From positions 62,001 through 126,000 of the forward strand of contig JADIIX010000051.1 of NCBI GenBank assembly GCA_027604505.1: a stretch of 64,000 bases of DNA, in the 5' to 3' direction. Made by a program: the position numbers and the translations under genes. Origin of the DNA: Gonapodya sp. JEL0774. Its lineage: Eukaryota. Shown here piece by piece: positions 11,894-23,377 of this stretch. Every line of letters begins with the position of its first letter. Positions within the stretch are counted from its first letter, which is position 1. Under the pieces are notes generated by a model, which searched no databases, was not told the origin of the DNA, and saw only the letters and a program-made list of their open reading frames with translations.

Positions 11894-14041
11894 TCATGTG
11901 GTCGCCACCAAATTCAACTCGTACCATAGTTGGTCTGCTCCCTTCTCCACAGCCACGTCCACTTCCCCACCCTCTCTCATTCCTATAAACACACCATTCG
12001 CAACTCCTTTCACTCCACTGAGCCGCAACGCACGTGCATACTCGGGTGCTTCCACCCCAACGATCAACTTCGCGTATTCCTCCACACCCCACACCCGTCC
12101 GTATTTCAGTGTGCCCCTGAGACCCAAATCCTTTCCGACCCACCTATGCACTTTGGAGCTGTATTCGGAAGGATTCACCAAGTTCCCCACCACACCAGTC
12201 ACGCCTCCCTCCGCGAGTCGTCTTCCAAACCCACTAAAAACAGCGGCCATGACCTCCTCGCCGCCTTCCCCACCATCCCCATACGCCTCAAGTTTGGCCA
12301 CTTTACCTGGGTTGGGAATGTATGGAGGGTTTGCAAGCACGAGGTCAAACATTTTGCCGGTACCCAAAGGTTCGTATAGTGTGCCGACCATCACGGCGGC
12401 GTGTGTACCGTTGAGGGCGGAGTTAAATGATGCAAACCGGCAAGCTCGGGGATTGATGTCCACCAGCGTGGTCTCTGGCTGTTGAGAGCCAGCATGTCCT
12501 GCAGAGATGGCAATGGATCGAAGGAGTGCGGCCGCGGCGATACCTTGAACACCCGACCCCGTACAGAGGTCGAGAATGGAGAGCGGATGGACAGTGGAGG
12601 ATGCCCGCTGGGTGAGCGAGATGAGGGAAGACAAGAGGGACGAGGCAAGCGATCCAACGAGTGCAAGAGAGTCCACGCCAAGATGCATGACGGGGTCAAA
12701 GGCAGCACCGAGAGAGAGGGACGTTGTGTGGGGAAAGTCGGTGGCGAGGACGAGATTTGTGGGTGGTATTGGGGAAGTGGGAACGGGTAATGTTGGTGGG
12801 GGTAAACTGACTGGGTGGAATTGAATGAGTGGGTAATAGAGAGGGTCGGTAGCAGGGTCATCTCGCGAAAAGAGCATATTTTGGTCTTCACAGAATGCCA
12901 AGAGCTCTGGTGTTAGCGCACGTCCCAGAAGTGACCTCGGCAACGGCGATCCGACGAGAAAGAAGCGAGCGAGCGTGACGAGCTCTATGTTTGATGGGTT
13001 GGCCAGTGCTGCGAGCTTGGCGTCAGTCTCGCCTCTCGTCACTGGGTTGCACAGTGACTCTGCTGTGACGCCGTAGCCGACAGGGGCGCCGAACAAAGTC
13101 GCGATCGATGGTGAAGTATATCCGAGTGATATGAAACGGGCGCAAAGTGAGGAGGTGTGGTGGACGCGGAGATGGTGCTCGGAGGAGGGTGCTGGGGAAG
13201 GAGGAACGGGGATGAGACCCACCGGGAGTTTTGTGTGCTCCGGGTGTGGGTGAGCTGTCTTTGCTCCATCATCCATTGCATCAGCCTCCTCTTCCACTTC
13301 TGTATCGTCCTCTTGTGTGTCGACTTCGAAACCCCACAAGGAGCTTCGCAAACGGTTGAGCCTCATCCTTCCGTTGGGCAATCTCGCGCAAGTCACGACT
13401 TCGCCCTCAGCAACATCTCTCTGAGGCCAAATTATGCTATAAGCTTCACCAGAGGTGGCATCGATGATGATTGCATGGCAGAATGTGGCTGTAACAGAGG
13501 CATCAACGGGGGGAACGAGGCGAGTACCCAGTTCGTCCAGCACAAAGTACGCCTTGGTGCCTGTTTCATCCTCATAAGAGCCAGCCAGAATCCAGAGCCG
13601 TGCGGTGATTTCATCAAGGCGTGCGGCGAACATTTTCGTGTCCGCAATGACATTCGGTTCCAGTGGATCCATTTCCAATAGTCCTTCGATTCTCTCTCGT
13701 AGCGCAGGCATGGCTTCCAATTGCATCCTTGCTTCGACAGGATCTGCAAATGTCCAACAATGGTCTACGAGGAAAACATCTGATTCGCGAGACATTTGAG
13801 CAAGCGCGACCGCCGAGAGGCGGCAACCCTTTGGTTCATCGTCGTCTTCAGCGAGACCGACATGCGATCCCAGGTCATAGATTGCGTTGGAGACTTTGTG
13901 GTGGAGGGCAGGTATCAAAAACGTTGGGAGATCAGTCTCAGCAAGTAGGGGAGCATTTGCTTCCAACCAGGAATCGAAACCCGGCGACGGTGAGAATATG
14001 GATGGTCCTTCCTGAGCATCTTGCAATCCCTCCAAATCCAT
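11894..14041 (-). CDS. Fusion protein: TTLL12-like N-terminal SET-like domain + class I SAM methyltransferase (HemK/MTS-type, NPPY); intronless
   Basis: The N-half has DVFLVDHCWTF, YFVLDELGTRL and AYSIIWPQRDVAEGEVVT (TTLL12 N-domain-like). The C-half has ILDLCTGSGVQG, LVDINPRA and FDLVLANPPYIP. It is one uninterrupted ORF. Confidence 0.8.
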   Translation of the reverse strand: MDLEGLQDAQEGPSIFSPSPGFDSWLEANAPLLAETDLPTFLIPALHHKVSNAIYDLGSHVGLAEDDDEPKGCRLSAVALAQMSRESDVFLVDHCWTFADPVEARMQLEAMPALRERIEGLLEMDPLEPNVIADTKMFAARLDEITARLWILAGSYEDETGTKAYFVLDELGTRLVPPVDASVTATFCHAIIIDATSGEAYSIIWPQRDVAEGEVVTCARLPNGRMRLNRLRSSLWGFEVDTQEDDTEVEEEADAMDDGAKTAHPHPEHTKLPVGLIPVPPSPAPSSEHHLRVHHTSSLCARFISLGYTSPSIATLFGAPVGYGVTAESLCNPVTRGETDAKLAALANPSNIELVTLARFFLVGSPLPRSLLGRALTPELLAFCEDQNMLFSRDDPATDPLYYPLIQFHPVSLPPPTLPVPTSPIPPTNLVLATDFPHTTSLSLGAAFDPVMHLGVDSLALVGSLASSLLSSLISLTQRASSTVHPLSILDLCTGSGVQGIAAAALLRSIAISAGHAGSQQPETTLVDINPRACRFASFNSALNGTHAAVMVGTLYEPLGTGKMFDLVLANPPYIPNPGKVAKLEAYGDGGEGGEEVMAAVFSGFGRRLAEGGVTGVVGNLVNPSEYSSKVHRWVGKDLGLRGTLKYGRVWGVEEYAKLIVGVEAPEYARALRLSGVKGVANGVFIGMREGGEVDVAVEKGADQLWYELNLVATT

Positions 14042-14390
14042 CGGTCGTTGTTTGCTGCACAACCGTGGGAATGTTTTTCTGTCTTATTGCGGAGATGTTT
14101 CCGTGGTGACAAGGAGAAGTCAGATGACGGTTGGTATTTGATACCGGCCCCTCCTCGGATGTTACATTAATTAATAGATCGACGCCCAAAATCTTTAAGT
14201 GGGTGTACTTTACATTTGACCGGCGTGCATATCCAAAAGGAGGACGTCACGGAGTTTGTGTTGTACTTGAAGTATTAGGTTTCAACTTACTTATCCTTGT
14301 TTGATACCGACACCGCGACAGCATGGTTCATGTGGTTTCGGTGAACTAGAGTCTAGTCCAGTCTCGATTTCCACATACTTCCTCACTGCA

Positions 14391-15786
14391 ATGACTGTCC
14401 GTTTTACCATCGAGCAGGCAAAGGCAAGTGTTATTGTCTGCCCGCCTCTGTCGGGAAGTTGGGCCGGCGTCACCAAGCTAGGAAACCGATAAAAGATTAT
14501 CCGATGGTGCTCCAGTTCGCTCTATACTAGTGATCAAACTGGTTTTCTCTCCATTCTCCGTTTTTGCCGGTACTCCGACCTACTACATCTCACTCCCAAC
14601 AGAGCGGCCGTTCCAAATGCAAGGGCGCGAAGTGCAATCTCGGGCCGATCTCAGCCAAATCACTGCGAATCGGGCGACACGATGATAATTCCGGGTGTAG
14701 GTTTCACTTTTATAAGATGTCATTATGCTTGTTTAAACCCCACTAAACGCGGCAGTCGATGGCGAGTTGACCACCTGGTATCATCCAGAATGCTTTGCAA
14801 AGATGAAAAGTAACAGGGAAATAAAGCCGGAGGTGGAATGAACATTCTGGAAAATGTTTGCGATGCACAATGATTCACGGATGATTCAACAGGTGATCGT
14901 CGGTTTTACTCATTTGAGCCCCGAGGAACAAGAGAAGGTTAGAGGTCAGCTTTCGTTGAGCACCTCTGCTGTGGAGGACGGCTCAGCAGCTTCTGACGCG
15001 GGGAAATCGGCAGGCCTCCTACCTGGTGAGCTTTTGAATCATATTTGCACTTTTTGGGCCGGCATCGACAACGTGACTTCAATTCTCACTCTGTCATTTT
15101 CCAGAACTCGCAATACAGTACTCCGTTTCTTCCCGCGGACAGTGCTACTCGTGCAAGCAACGAATGCCAATGGGATTGCTCCGAATTTCAACAAGTGCAA
15201 ACACCAGCAAGGACCCAGAGAAACCTTACATGGTCGTACATTATTGTGAGTAGCGTGTCCAGAAGCTTGACGGGGGGGGCCGGGGGGTTGTGTGGGGGCG
15301 GAGGTGGTAAGGGTTATACCACCAGATGTTTTGATCCAGATTTGCTGTTGAGATTTGATGAAATGACCTCACTTTGTAGACCACCCCATCTGCTTTCAAA
15401 AGTCCGTGAACGCCACCTCCATACAACCTGTGACGTCCGTTGAGCACCTCCAAGGTTGGGAGTCCATCGACGAGGATCACCGAAAGTACGTACTCGAGTG
15501 TCTTGAAGGCCGCGAGCCCGAAGGCAGCGTACCAGTCAAGGTTAAGGACGGAAAGGATGAGGAGGGCAAACCCACCAAAAAGGCGCGCACTGCTAAGGGT
15601 GCCAAAACCATGGCAGCGGAAGATGGGGATATGAAAGACGCGAGCGAAGACGCTGAGGATGATGAGGAAGAGAAAGGGAAGGAGACAGAAAAAGTGGAGG
15701 CCGGGGAGCCGGAAGGAGAGACAGCCTCAAAAGTGAAGAAGAAGGGAGTTGCAGACGCACCGGGGGATAAGCGCAAACGCAAATGA
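14391..15786 (+). CDS. Protein with two PARP-type zinc fingers and a charged low-complexity tail
   Basis: MTVRFTIEQAK/SGRSKCKGAKC...LRIG...WYHPECF...GFTHLSPEEQEKV. Second finger is IQYSVSSRGQCYSCKQRM...LRI...YHPICF...LQGWESI. The tail is K/E/D-rich and ends in KRKRK. Confidence 0.85.
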
Positions 15787-16018
15787 GTAACGAAAGTCAC
15801 TTATTATCTACAATTGACTGTACTACACTGCACATCACTGATTGTCGGCGGCGACGGTGTGGAAGAAGCAAAGGCCCGGTAAGATCAATATCATATTGCC
15901 ATAATACAAGAGTCTCTATCGCGCAATCTCAAATTTTTTCGGTGCTCCCGGTCGCACTTCTATAAACATCGTGCACAGTGTCGGGATCTGAACTTCTGCT
16001 CACATTGCTCCCAACTCT

Positions 16019-18726
16019 TTACTCCCAACCAATTGTGGGAAACTGCCTCGAAAAGTCCACCACTTCCTTCTTCAGTGCCTGTAGCTCGGGTACATCCTCA
16101 CCCTCACCCAATGAGTCCTTGAAGTCCTTCAATCGTGTTCCTAATTCCCACAGAGTAAGCAACAAGAAGACACGTTAAGGTCAGTCAGAACAATGAAGAC
16201 AAAAGATGAACAAAGAAACTGGCTGGAGGCCCATAACGTACCGGTGACGCCGGACTGTATCTTGAGTGTTAGCTTTATAGCCCTGTCGACGAACTCGCAA
16301 ATCTGTGCGAAATCGTTCTCCACAAGCCCTCGAGTGGTCATCGCGGGAGAACCTGATACGGCGCCGGTGCGCATTGCAATGCGCGTGGGAAGATAGAAGC
16401 AACACAAATTGAGTGACCTAGATCGTGGTTCTGCTCAGGCTCAAACCGCAGGTACAACGCACCCATCCTCAAACCCCCCGGAATCAATGCACTCTTGTCC
16501 CCTGGCACTGTGTTCTTATTCGCAGCGATCTTGGCGAGTTCGAGCACCCGTTCTACTCGAGCACCGTCCGTTTTCTGGGGAAAAAGAGAAACGAATGTGA
16601 TACAGGACACAAAAAAGGTGTGGAAAAGGAAAAAGACAGGGAGGCGAGGGTGATGAATAAGTGATCGGGAAGCAACATAACAATCGATTTTGTGTGACGA
16701 ATCTGGGGGTTCACATCAAGACCATTATCCCGCCACCAAACCCACCTTGTCTCTCAGATCCACCAGCAGCAAATGCGTATCCGTGCCGCCCGTCGTCATC
16801 GTGTACCCCATTCCCCCGAACCTCTTCTCCATCTCCTTTGCATTCCGCAACACCTGTTGAGCATACGCCTTGAATTCCGCTGACTGCGCCTGCTTCAAGG
16901 CCACAGCCAGCGCCGCGATTGTGTGGTTATGCGGTCCGCCTTGGTGCCCCGGAAAAACTGACGAGTTGATTTTCTCGGCGTAGTCGTACAGGATAGGTTG
17001 GTTGGTCTTCTTGTCATGGGATTTAACGCCTCGACGGTAGAAAATCATGGCACCGCGTGGGCCGCGTAGAGATTTGTGGGTCGTAGTGGTGACGATGTCG
17101 GCGAAGGGGAACGGGTTGGGGAGTGCCGAGGCAGCGACAAGACCTGCAAAAAGAGAGGGATTTCGTCAGCAGGAGGCTACAGTATCCCGAACAGGTGTGA
17201 ATGGGGGCAAGGGTCAAATATAGAGAGCAGTATTATGAGCCTGATACCTCTACACGTTTCTCGACTTCAATATATCCAGTCGTGTCCTTTATCCACGTCG
17301 TCCAAACCACAAGTTGCGGTCCTGCGATCCCGTTAACCACCCTTATCATCCAATCCACAAAACGCCCACCACTGCCACAGCAACATTTCCCACGTCGATC
17401 CACCCTATCCCGTTCCCATCTCCCGTTCACCACACTCACCGCTAATATGTGCCATATCCACCATCACTACCGCTCCCACCTTATCCGCAATCTTCCTCAT
17501 TCTCTCATAGTCCCAGTTCCTACTGTACGCCGATCCTCCAACGACGATCAGTTTGGGTCGAAACACAGCCGCGGTTGCTTCGAGTGCGTCATAGTCCACC
17601 AGTCCGGTGCGCTCGTCGCAGCGATACGGTACTTGCTCAAAGTAGGAAGAGATTGCGGAAATTTTCTTGGTGGGAGTGGCGTAGCCGTGGGAGAGGCTGA
17701 GGTGGATGTGATAGTGTGAGTTGAGGGATGGTTGGGGTGTGGGTGACAGAGGGTGTTTCAATGAATTGGCAGTGGTGAAACGCGGCATATGCCGTGAAAA
17801 TGCGCAGATGAGGTTGGTCTTTGGTATTTCCTCCTCTTTCTCATGATTGGGAAGCCTCACCGTGTCAATACTCACTGTCCTCCATGGGGCAAATCCAACC
17901 CCATGATCCTGCCTCCCTTGCCTACAATGCCATAATACACGTACAGATTTGCTGGTGCTCCCGACAACGCCTGCACGTTGACGCCCCATTCATTTTCATT
18001 CAGTCCAAATGCCTGCAACGCCCGCTGCTGGCACAAAGTCTCTGCAGCGTCAATGAACTCGTTGCCCCCGTAATACCGGGCACCAGGGTACCCCTCGGAG
18101 TACTTGTTCTGCATGACCGAGCCAAGAACTGTGGAGACGGAGAGCGAAGTGAAGTTCTAATGGGGGATCGTTTTAGTAGGATCGTTCCCTTCGTTTATAA
18201 CCTCAAGCCCCGCCATTCCCCGCCGATTTATTTTCCGCACTTTTCAATCAAGTAATTGCGGGTCTTCTATGCCTTCCAAGCCGCTTCCATCCATAATTGC
18301 TGGCCTCCAGAACGCCTCCGTCAGGTTCACTATCGTTCTCTGTCAGATTCACCATCGTCTCCGTTACACACCTCAGATGGAATAAGGACAATCGAATCTC
18401 TCTGTCTATATTTCTCGTTTTCAATAATTTGAGCCATTTCTGGGTCTACTTGAGCGAGGGGGAGATTGAGTTTCTTGACGAAGTGAAGACAATAGGATTT
18501 GCGATGACAGAAATGAGAACGCGGAGGAAAAAATGGAAATTGGAAGATACAAGAGGACTGTTCAGAAAGCGGAAGAACAGAAGGATAGAAAAAGTCGAGA
18601 ATGCTTCACCTTTGCATCTCGTACAGCTGCAGAGAGAGCTCGACTGGAACTAATGGACCACTGCCTGGAAAGGGCGGTGACGGCTGACACTTGAGCAGAA
18701 AGCAGGCGGGGAGTTTTCGTGAACAT
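16019..18726 (-). CDS. SHM1: Serine hydroxymethyltransferase, probably mitochondrial
   Basis: [59 protein letters not shown] and NKNTVPGD. The N-terminus [29 protein letters not shown] resembles a presequence. Confidence 0.96.
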
Positions 18727-19161
18727 GGTTGGAATTCGCGGGAATTGAGAGTGTTTTTAGGATGGATGGAATATTGGGGCACTGTCTTCTCTTTGTCAGC
18801 GCCGTTGGTATCCACACAATGCGCTCAAATAATGCGTTCACATTTTACATGAGTTCAATTCAGTAAATGCCGTGATATATAGAAACATGCGGCAGACTCA
18901 TCTGCTCCGCGCGCTTGAAGTGAGCGACGACGGCCCGAATTTCCCTCTCATTCTCTTTAGAAACACCCGCGAGTACAACACAATGGTTTAAAGAAGTATG
19001 TCTGCTCTCAATATTCGTGGTGTGCGTCAAAGTTAACGCTCAAGCTCCCATGTCGGTTGGCTTGTTACCCGATTCCGATACTCCCAGTCGCTCAAACGAA
19101 CACGCACGCTGGATCCGGACGTTCCCGACAATTTCCCTTCGTTGACTTCTTCAGCATAAAG

Positions 19162-20620
19162 ATGGCGACATCCGAGCTGTCACCGCTCCCCCTCGCACCC
19201 AACATCCGCTCTCGCTACATCGAAGTTCGAGATCTCAGAATGCACTTCCTCGAGGCAGGATGGGAAAGCGGGGGGAGAAAGCTGGTCGTATTGCTACACG
19301 GATTTCCCGAAATCGCTTTCTCATATCGAAAGGTGACGAAGGGACTGGACGTCGCTGCAATTCGTTGGTAACCAATTCGCCTGAGCAGACTTTGCCTGCT
19401 CTTGCTGTAGGTTCTCAAAAATCGAAAATTGGAGAAACTCTGCTCAAGTTAGTCCGGACATGTGTGCCAACCCGTTCTCTAGATCGCCGGCTACCACGTG
19501 GTCGCTCCGGACCAACGGGGGTATGGCCGTACGACTGGATGGGACATCAGTTACACCACCGACTTGACAGCAGTACGGCTCACAAACCTCGCTACCGATG
19601 TGGTTGCGTTGGTATACGCGCTCGGATACTCGTCCGTAGCCATGGTGGTTGGACACGACTTTGGCAGTCCCGTGGCTTCAAGTGAGTGCTCTCTCTTCCC
19701 ATGAGCTTTGAAAGTCTTCACGGTTTTCCCAACACCAAACCCAAATCGCATGACACAGCCTGTGCTCTCTACCGTCCCGACATCTTTCAATCATGCGTGC
19801 TCATGTCTGCTCCATTTGCCGGTCCTCCCAAACTCCCCTCCCGCGGCCCGCACTCGAATGCACCATCCAACTCCTCTTCTTCCCTCCTCCACTCCCAACT
19901 CGCCTCCCTGCCCCGACCTAGAAAGCACTATCACGAATACTACACACTCCCGGGCACCAATGCCGAAATGATGAGTGCGCAAGGTGGCTTGAAACGATTC
20001 TTTAGGGCTTATTTTCACATGAAATCGGGTGATTGGGCTGGGAATGAGCCGCGCGCACTCAAGGGATGGATCGCTGTGAGTGGTTGGACTAACGATGAGG
20101 ACGGCCCACATCATTGTGCACAGCGTTCGTGTCCCAATCCAATACATGTTTGCTTACCGCAATGCAGGAAGAATTAGCTCACATGCCAACCTACTACATT
20201 ATGGACGCCGCGGCTACCATGCCTCAATCCGTCGTCGAGCCCACCCCCAACGAAGTCACGCACAACGTGTGGCTCCCCGACGCGGACCTCGCCGTCTATG
20301 TCTCCGAATATTCCCGGACCACATTTCAAGGCGGACTCAACTGGTACCGTGTTCGTCTCGCACAGTTAGACGTGGACCAGTGCATCATGGCTGGCAAACC
20401 ATTTCCAGTACCGCTGCTCTTCGTGGGCGGGAGTAAGGACTGGGGTGTGAGGCAGAGCCCAGGTGTTGCGGAGGCCATGCAGACTTTGGAGAATTTCCGG
20501 GGAATGAGGATGGTGGAGGGGGCAGGACACTGGGTCCAGCAAGAGCGGTGCGAGGAGGTGAACAATATTTTGATGGACTTCTTGGGTCAAATGGAGAAGG
20601 AAACCGCGAAAACCGAGTAA
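19162..20620 (+). CDS. Alpha/beta-hydrolase, soluble epoxide hydrolase family
   Basis: LLHGFPE, VAPDQRGYG, nucleophile motif GHDFG, GLNWYR and GAGHWVQQE. Confidence 0.9.
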
Positions 20621-21050
20621 TGGAGACGTGGCATCATGAAGAGAGAAATTGCGACATTCCATAGTTCATCTGAACATCCAGTTCATTAAATGGCAGCTGT
20701 TTCACCCAGTGTTCGGCAGAACTCGTCAAACGACACACGCCACTTTAACCCGCCCTTCAACATGTTACATAACTAGGATCTGAAAATGGTCGTCGTGATC
20801 GCCGCAGGATCACAAGCGTTCAGTCGGAAGTCACATGTTCCGAGCAGTTTTACGATAAGACAAGTAGAAAATAAATTGAGCCCATTGATTCAGATAGCTA
20901 TGTGTTTCATGGGAACAGAACACTAGTGATGCCGTTTTGGGAACTCTCTTCACAAACGACAATCCTTCTTCAATCGCGCTCAGTCGCCGTTCTCCGTTTC
21001 GGCAAATCCTTCGAGTGAAAACAACTTCCTCCGCCCCAATAATAGCAGAC

Positions 21051-22855
21051 ATGTTTCGTCGGGGTGAATCCCCTCGTGATACCTTTCGACTATTGCACCA
21101 CCGCTCGCATTCCAAAACCGCCAATCGCAAGCCCCACCCACACTCACGGAGCATCTCCGAAACTCTGTGGCCGAATGTGTGTTGTGATGAATGCGGTACT
21201 CGAGGATTAAATGAACGTGTGAAGTGCAGGAGCTGTCGAGACTACGATCTGTGTATGACCTGTCACCGAAACGTGGAGACAATTCATCCCGAGCATCAAT
21301 TTGGACTATGGATGCCACCGCTAAAAGATCAGGTAATACGTTCGCGATCTTTGGAAGTTGCTCTGATAAGTGTGATGTAATTCAATCATCATTAGGATGG
21401 ACTCCGATTTCTATGGACCACTGTCATGTGTAATGTCTGCAGAGAAACGAATTTGATCGAGAGGTTTAAGGTGGGCGTTTTCCTGAAAATCTCGCATCTC
21501 GCGCAGACTAGAGCTCGTATCTTCCTCTTTCCTGCCGCTAATTCGGCAGTGCCACGACTGTCCAGACTATGATTTGTGCCGCAAATGCTTTGAGAACGTC
21601 GCTGTGGTGCATCCAGAGCACACTTTTAGCCTGGTTCTGCCACCCAAAAATCCTGCACCTCCCGTACTTGTGGGGAAACGGTTCTGGACATGGGTTACGT
21701 GCAGCTATTGCGACCGGAGTGAATTGTCAGAGAGATTCAGAGTAAGTACTCTTGCCTTTTCCAAATTTCCTCAGGCTTGTGAAACGGTCCTTGTTCATTG
21801 CAGTGCCGACTGTGTTCGAATTACGACCTTTGCGGAACTTGTTTCATGTTCCGAAACACTATCCACCCAAAGCATCCATTCGGACTTCTCTTCCCTCCAG
21901 CCCGTGACGCGAGGTCTGCCGAGAGAGTATCATTAGCCGGGCCGACCCGTTCTGCCTCCCCGTATCAGAACGATGTTGTATGTGACCTCTGTGGAGCGAA
22001 AAATTTGGAAGAATGGCTCAACGTGAGTCCAAAAATTCCATCGATACGATTCCCCCCTTTTAACCAACTCTTTCTTTAGTGTCTCTCTTGTCGCGGTCGA
22101 AATCACGCTGTTTGCGAGGATTGCTTCCATTCTTTTGACGAGGAGAGTACGCAGCACCGCTTTGAGCTGGTGCTGTCTCGACGTGAAAGGGTGAGTATCA
22201 AGGGATTCACTTGCCCTTGATCTGAGGAGAGCATGTGAGCTCATAACCGCTCCAAGCAGATTGATAAACCTGCATTGCCAGTACCACACACGGCGGCACC
22301 GGCTGTACGGATCCACTATCAGGACGACATTCACCGATTGGCACACGAGACACTGAGCAAACCTTCGACAACAACGATCACATTGGTTGAAGAAGCCAAA
22401 GACTTGACCCGAGTTTCCGTCGAGCAAATATCATCCGCTGCCGACCGTTTGCAGAGCATGGGAAGGTCACCGACATTGAGGAGTTTAATTCAGGCTTCCT
22501 TGGAGACGGATCCATCGACTCAATTGCAGCTAGCAGGAGGACGAAGTCAGCAGGTCTCTAGTTCGGGGACTGAACCTTTGAGCACGACTTGTGTGAGAAC
22601 TTGGACAGACGTATCACATAATGCACCGTCGTTGTTAATGTGAACGCTCTGATAACTACGTCAGGTTTTGTGCAAGAGCTCGGCCCAGAATATTTCATTA
22701 GTTCCCTGGTGCGTGTTTGTCCACCTTCGAATCAAATCATTTGTGGGATACACATGACCTTCCTTCCCCCTCTTCACACCAGTGGTCATCAAGCGATATG
22801 TGAAGAAGGGCTGCGCTCTCAACTGTCCGTCCTGCCCTCCCTGTCAGAGATCTAG
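21051..22855 (+). CDS. Four tandem ZZ zinc fingers plus a disrupted RING; paralog of the 1843..4182 gene
   Basis: ZZ units begin CDECGTR, CNVCRET, CSYCDRS and CDLCGAK. Shared helical segment AKDLTRVSVEQISSAADRLQSMGRSPTLRSLIQASL. The RING reads C/VLCKSS...VPC/GHQAIC and is then frameshifted. Confidence 0.8.
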
Positions 22856-23377
22856 CATCGGCTAGCATCGGATTAGTATCGAATGCTCGAGAACTCGGAC
22901 CTCATCAGTTAAATGCCGAACTTCGCACAATCGGTGATCAGGTTCATATTTATGCTGGATCATTACGGAGCTTCCGTCTCTCTCATTTGGCAAGAACGAA
23001 CAATCACGAATCACCAGCCGACAAGCGAGACGTAAAAGGACGCGGGGTTCCCCGCGAGAATAGATATCTTAATTGCTTTGAATCCGTGCATCAAAATACG
23101 AACAGCAAGATGTTCCCTGCGATATGCACCGGAACATCGAAAATTGCGATATCACAGTTTGAATTGTTACTTCCTCGCTCCCACTACTTCAAAGAGGCGT
23201 TTCACTATTGTAATATTTATAAAAGTTCAAAGAAGAAAGAATCCAGAACAAAGATGTGTTCCTTCATGTTGAAGTTGTTGAATCAGGAGCAAGAACTGAA
23301 CGTGAAGTGATTGTCGGCGGGGAACCACAGCAACCCAAAACGTTTCGCTCATTTCCATTTCTCTGCAATCCCCGGCA

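Noticed and set aside
11793..12485. Long antisense ORFs (also 36783..37589, 32128..32697, 59241..59846)
   Set aside because: They are shadows of real genes on the opposite strand in GC-rich coding DNA, with no domain signal.
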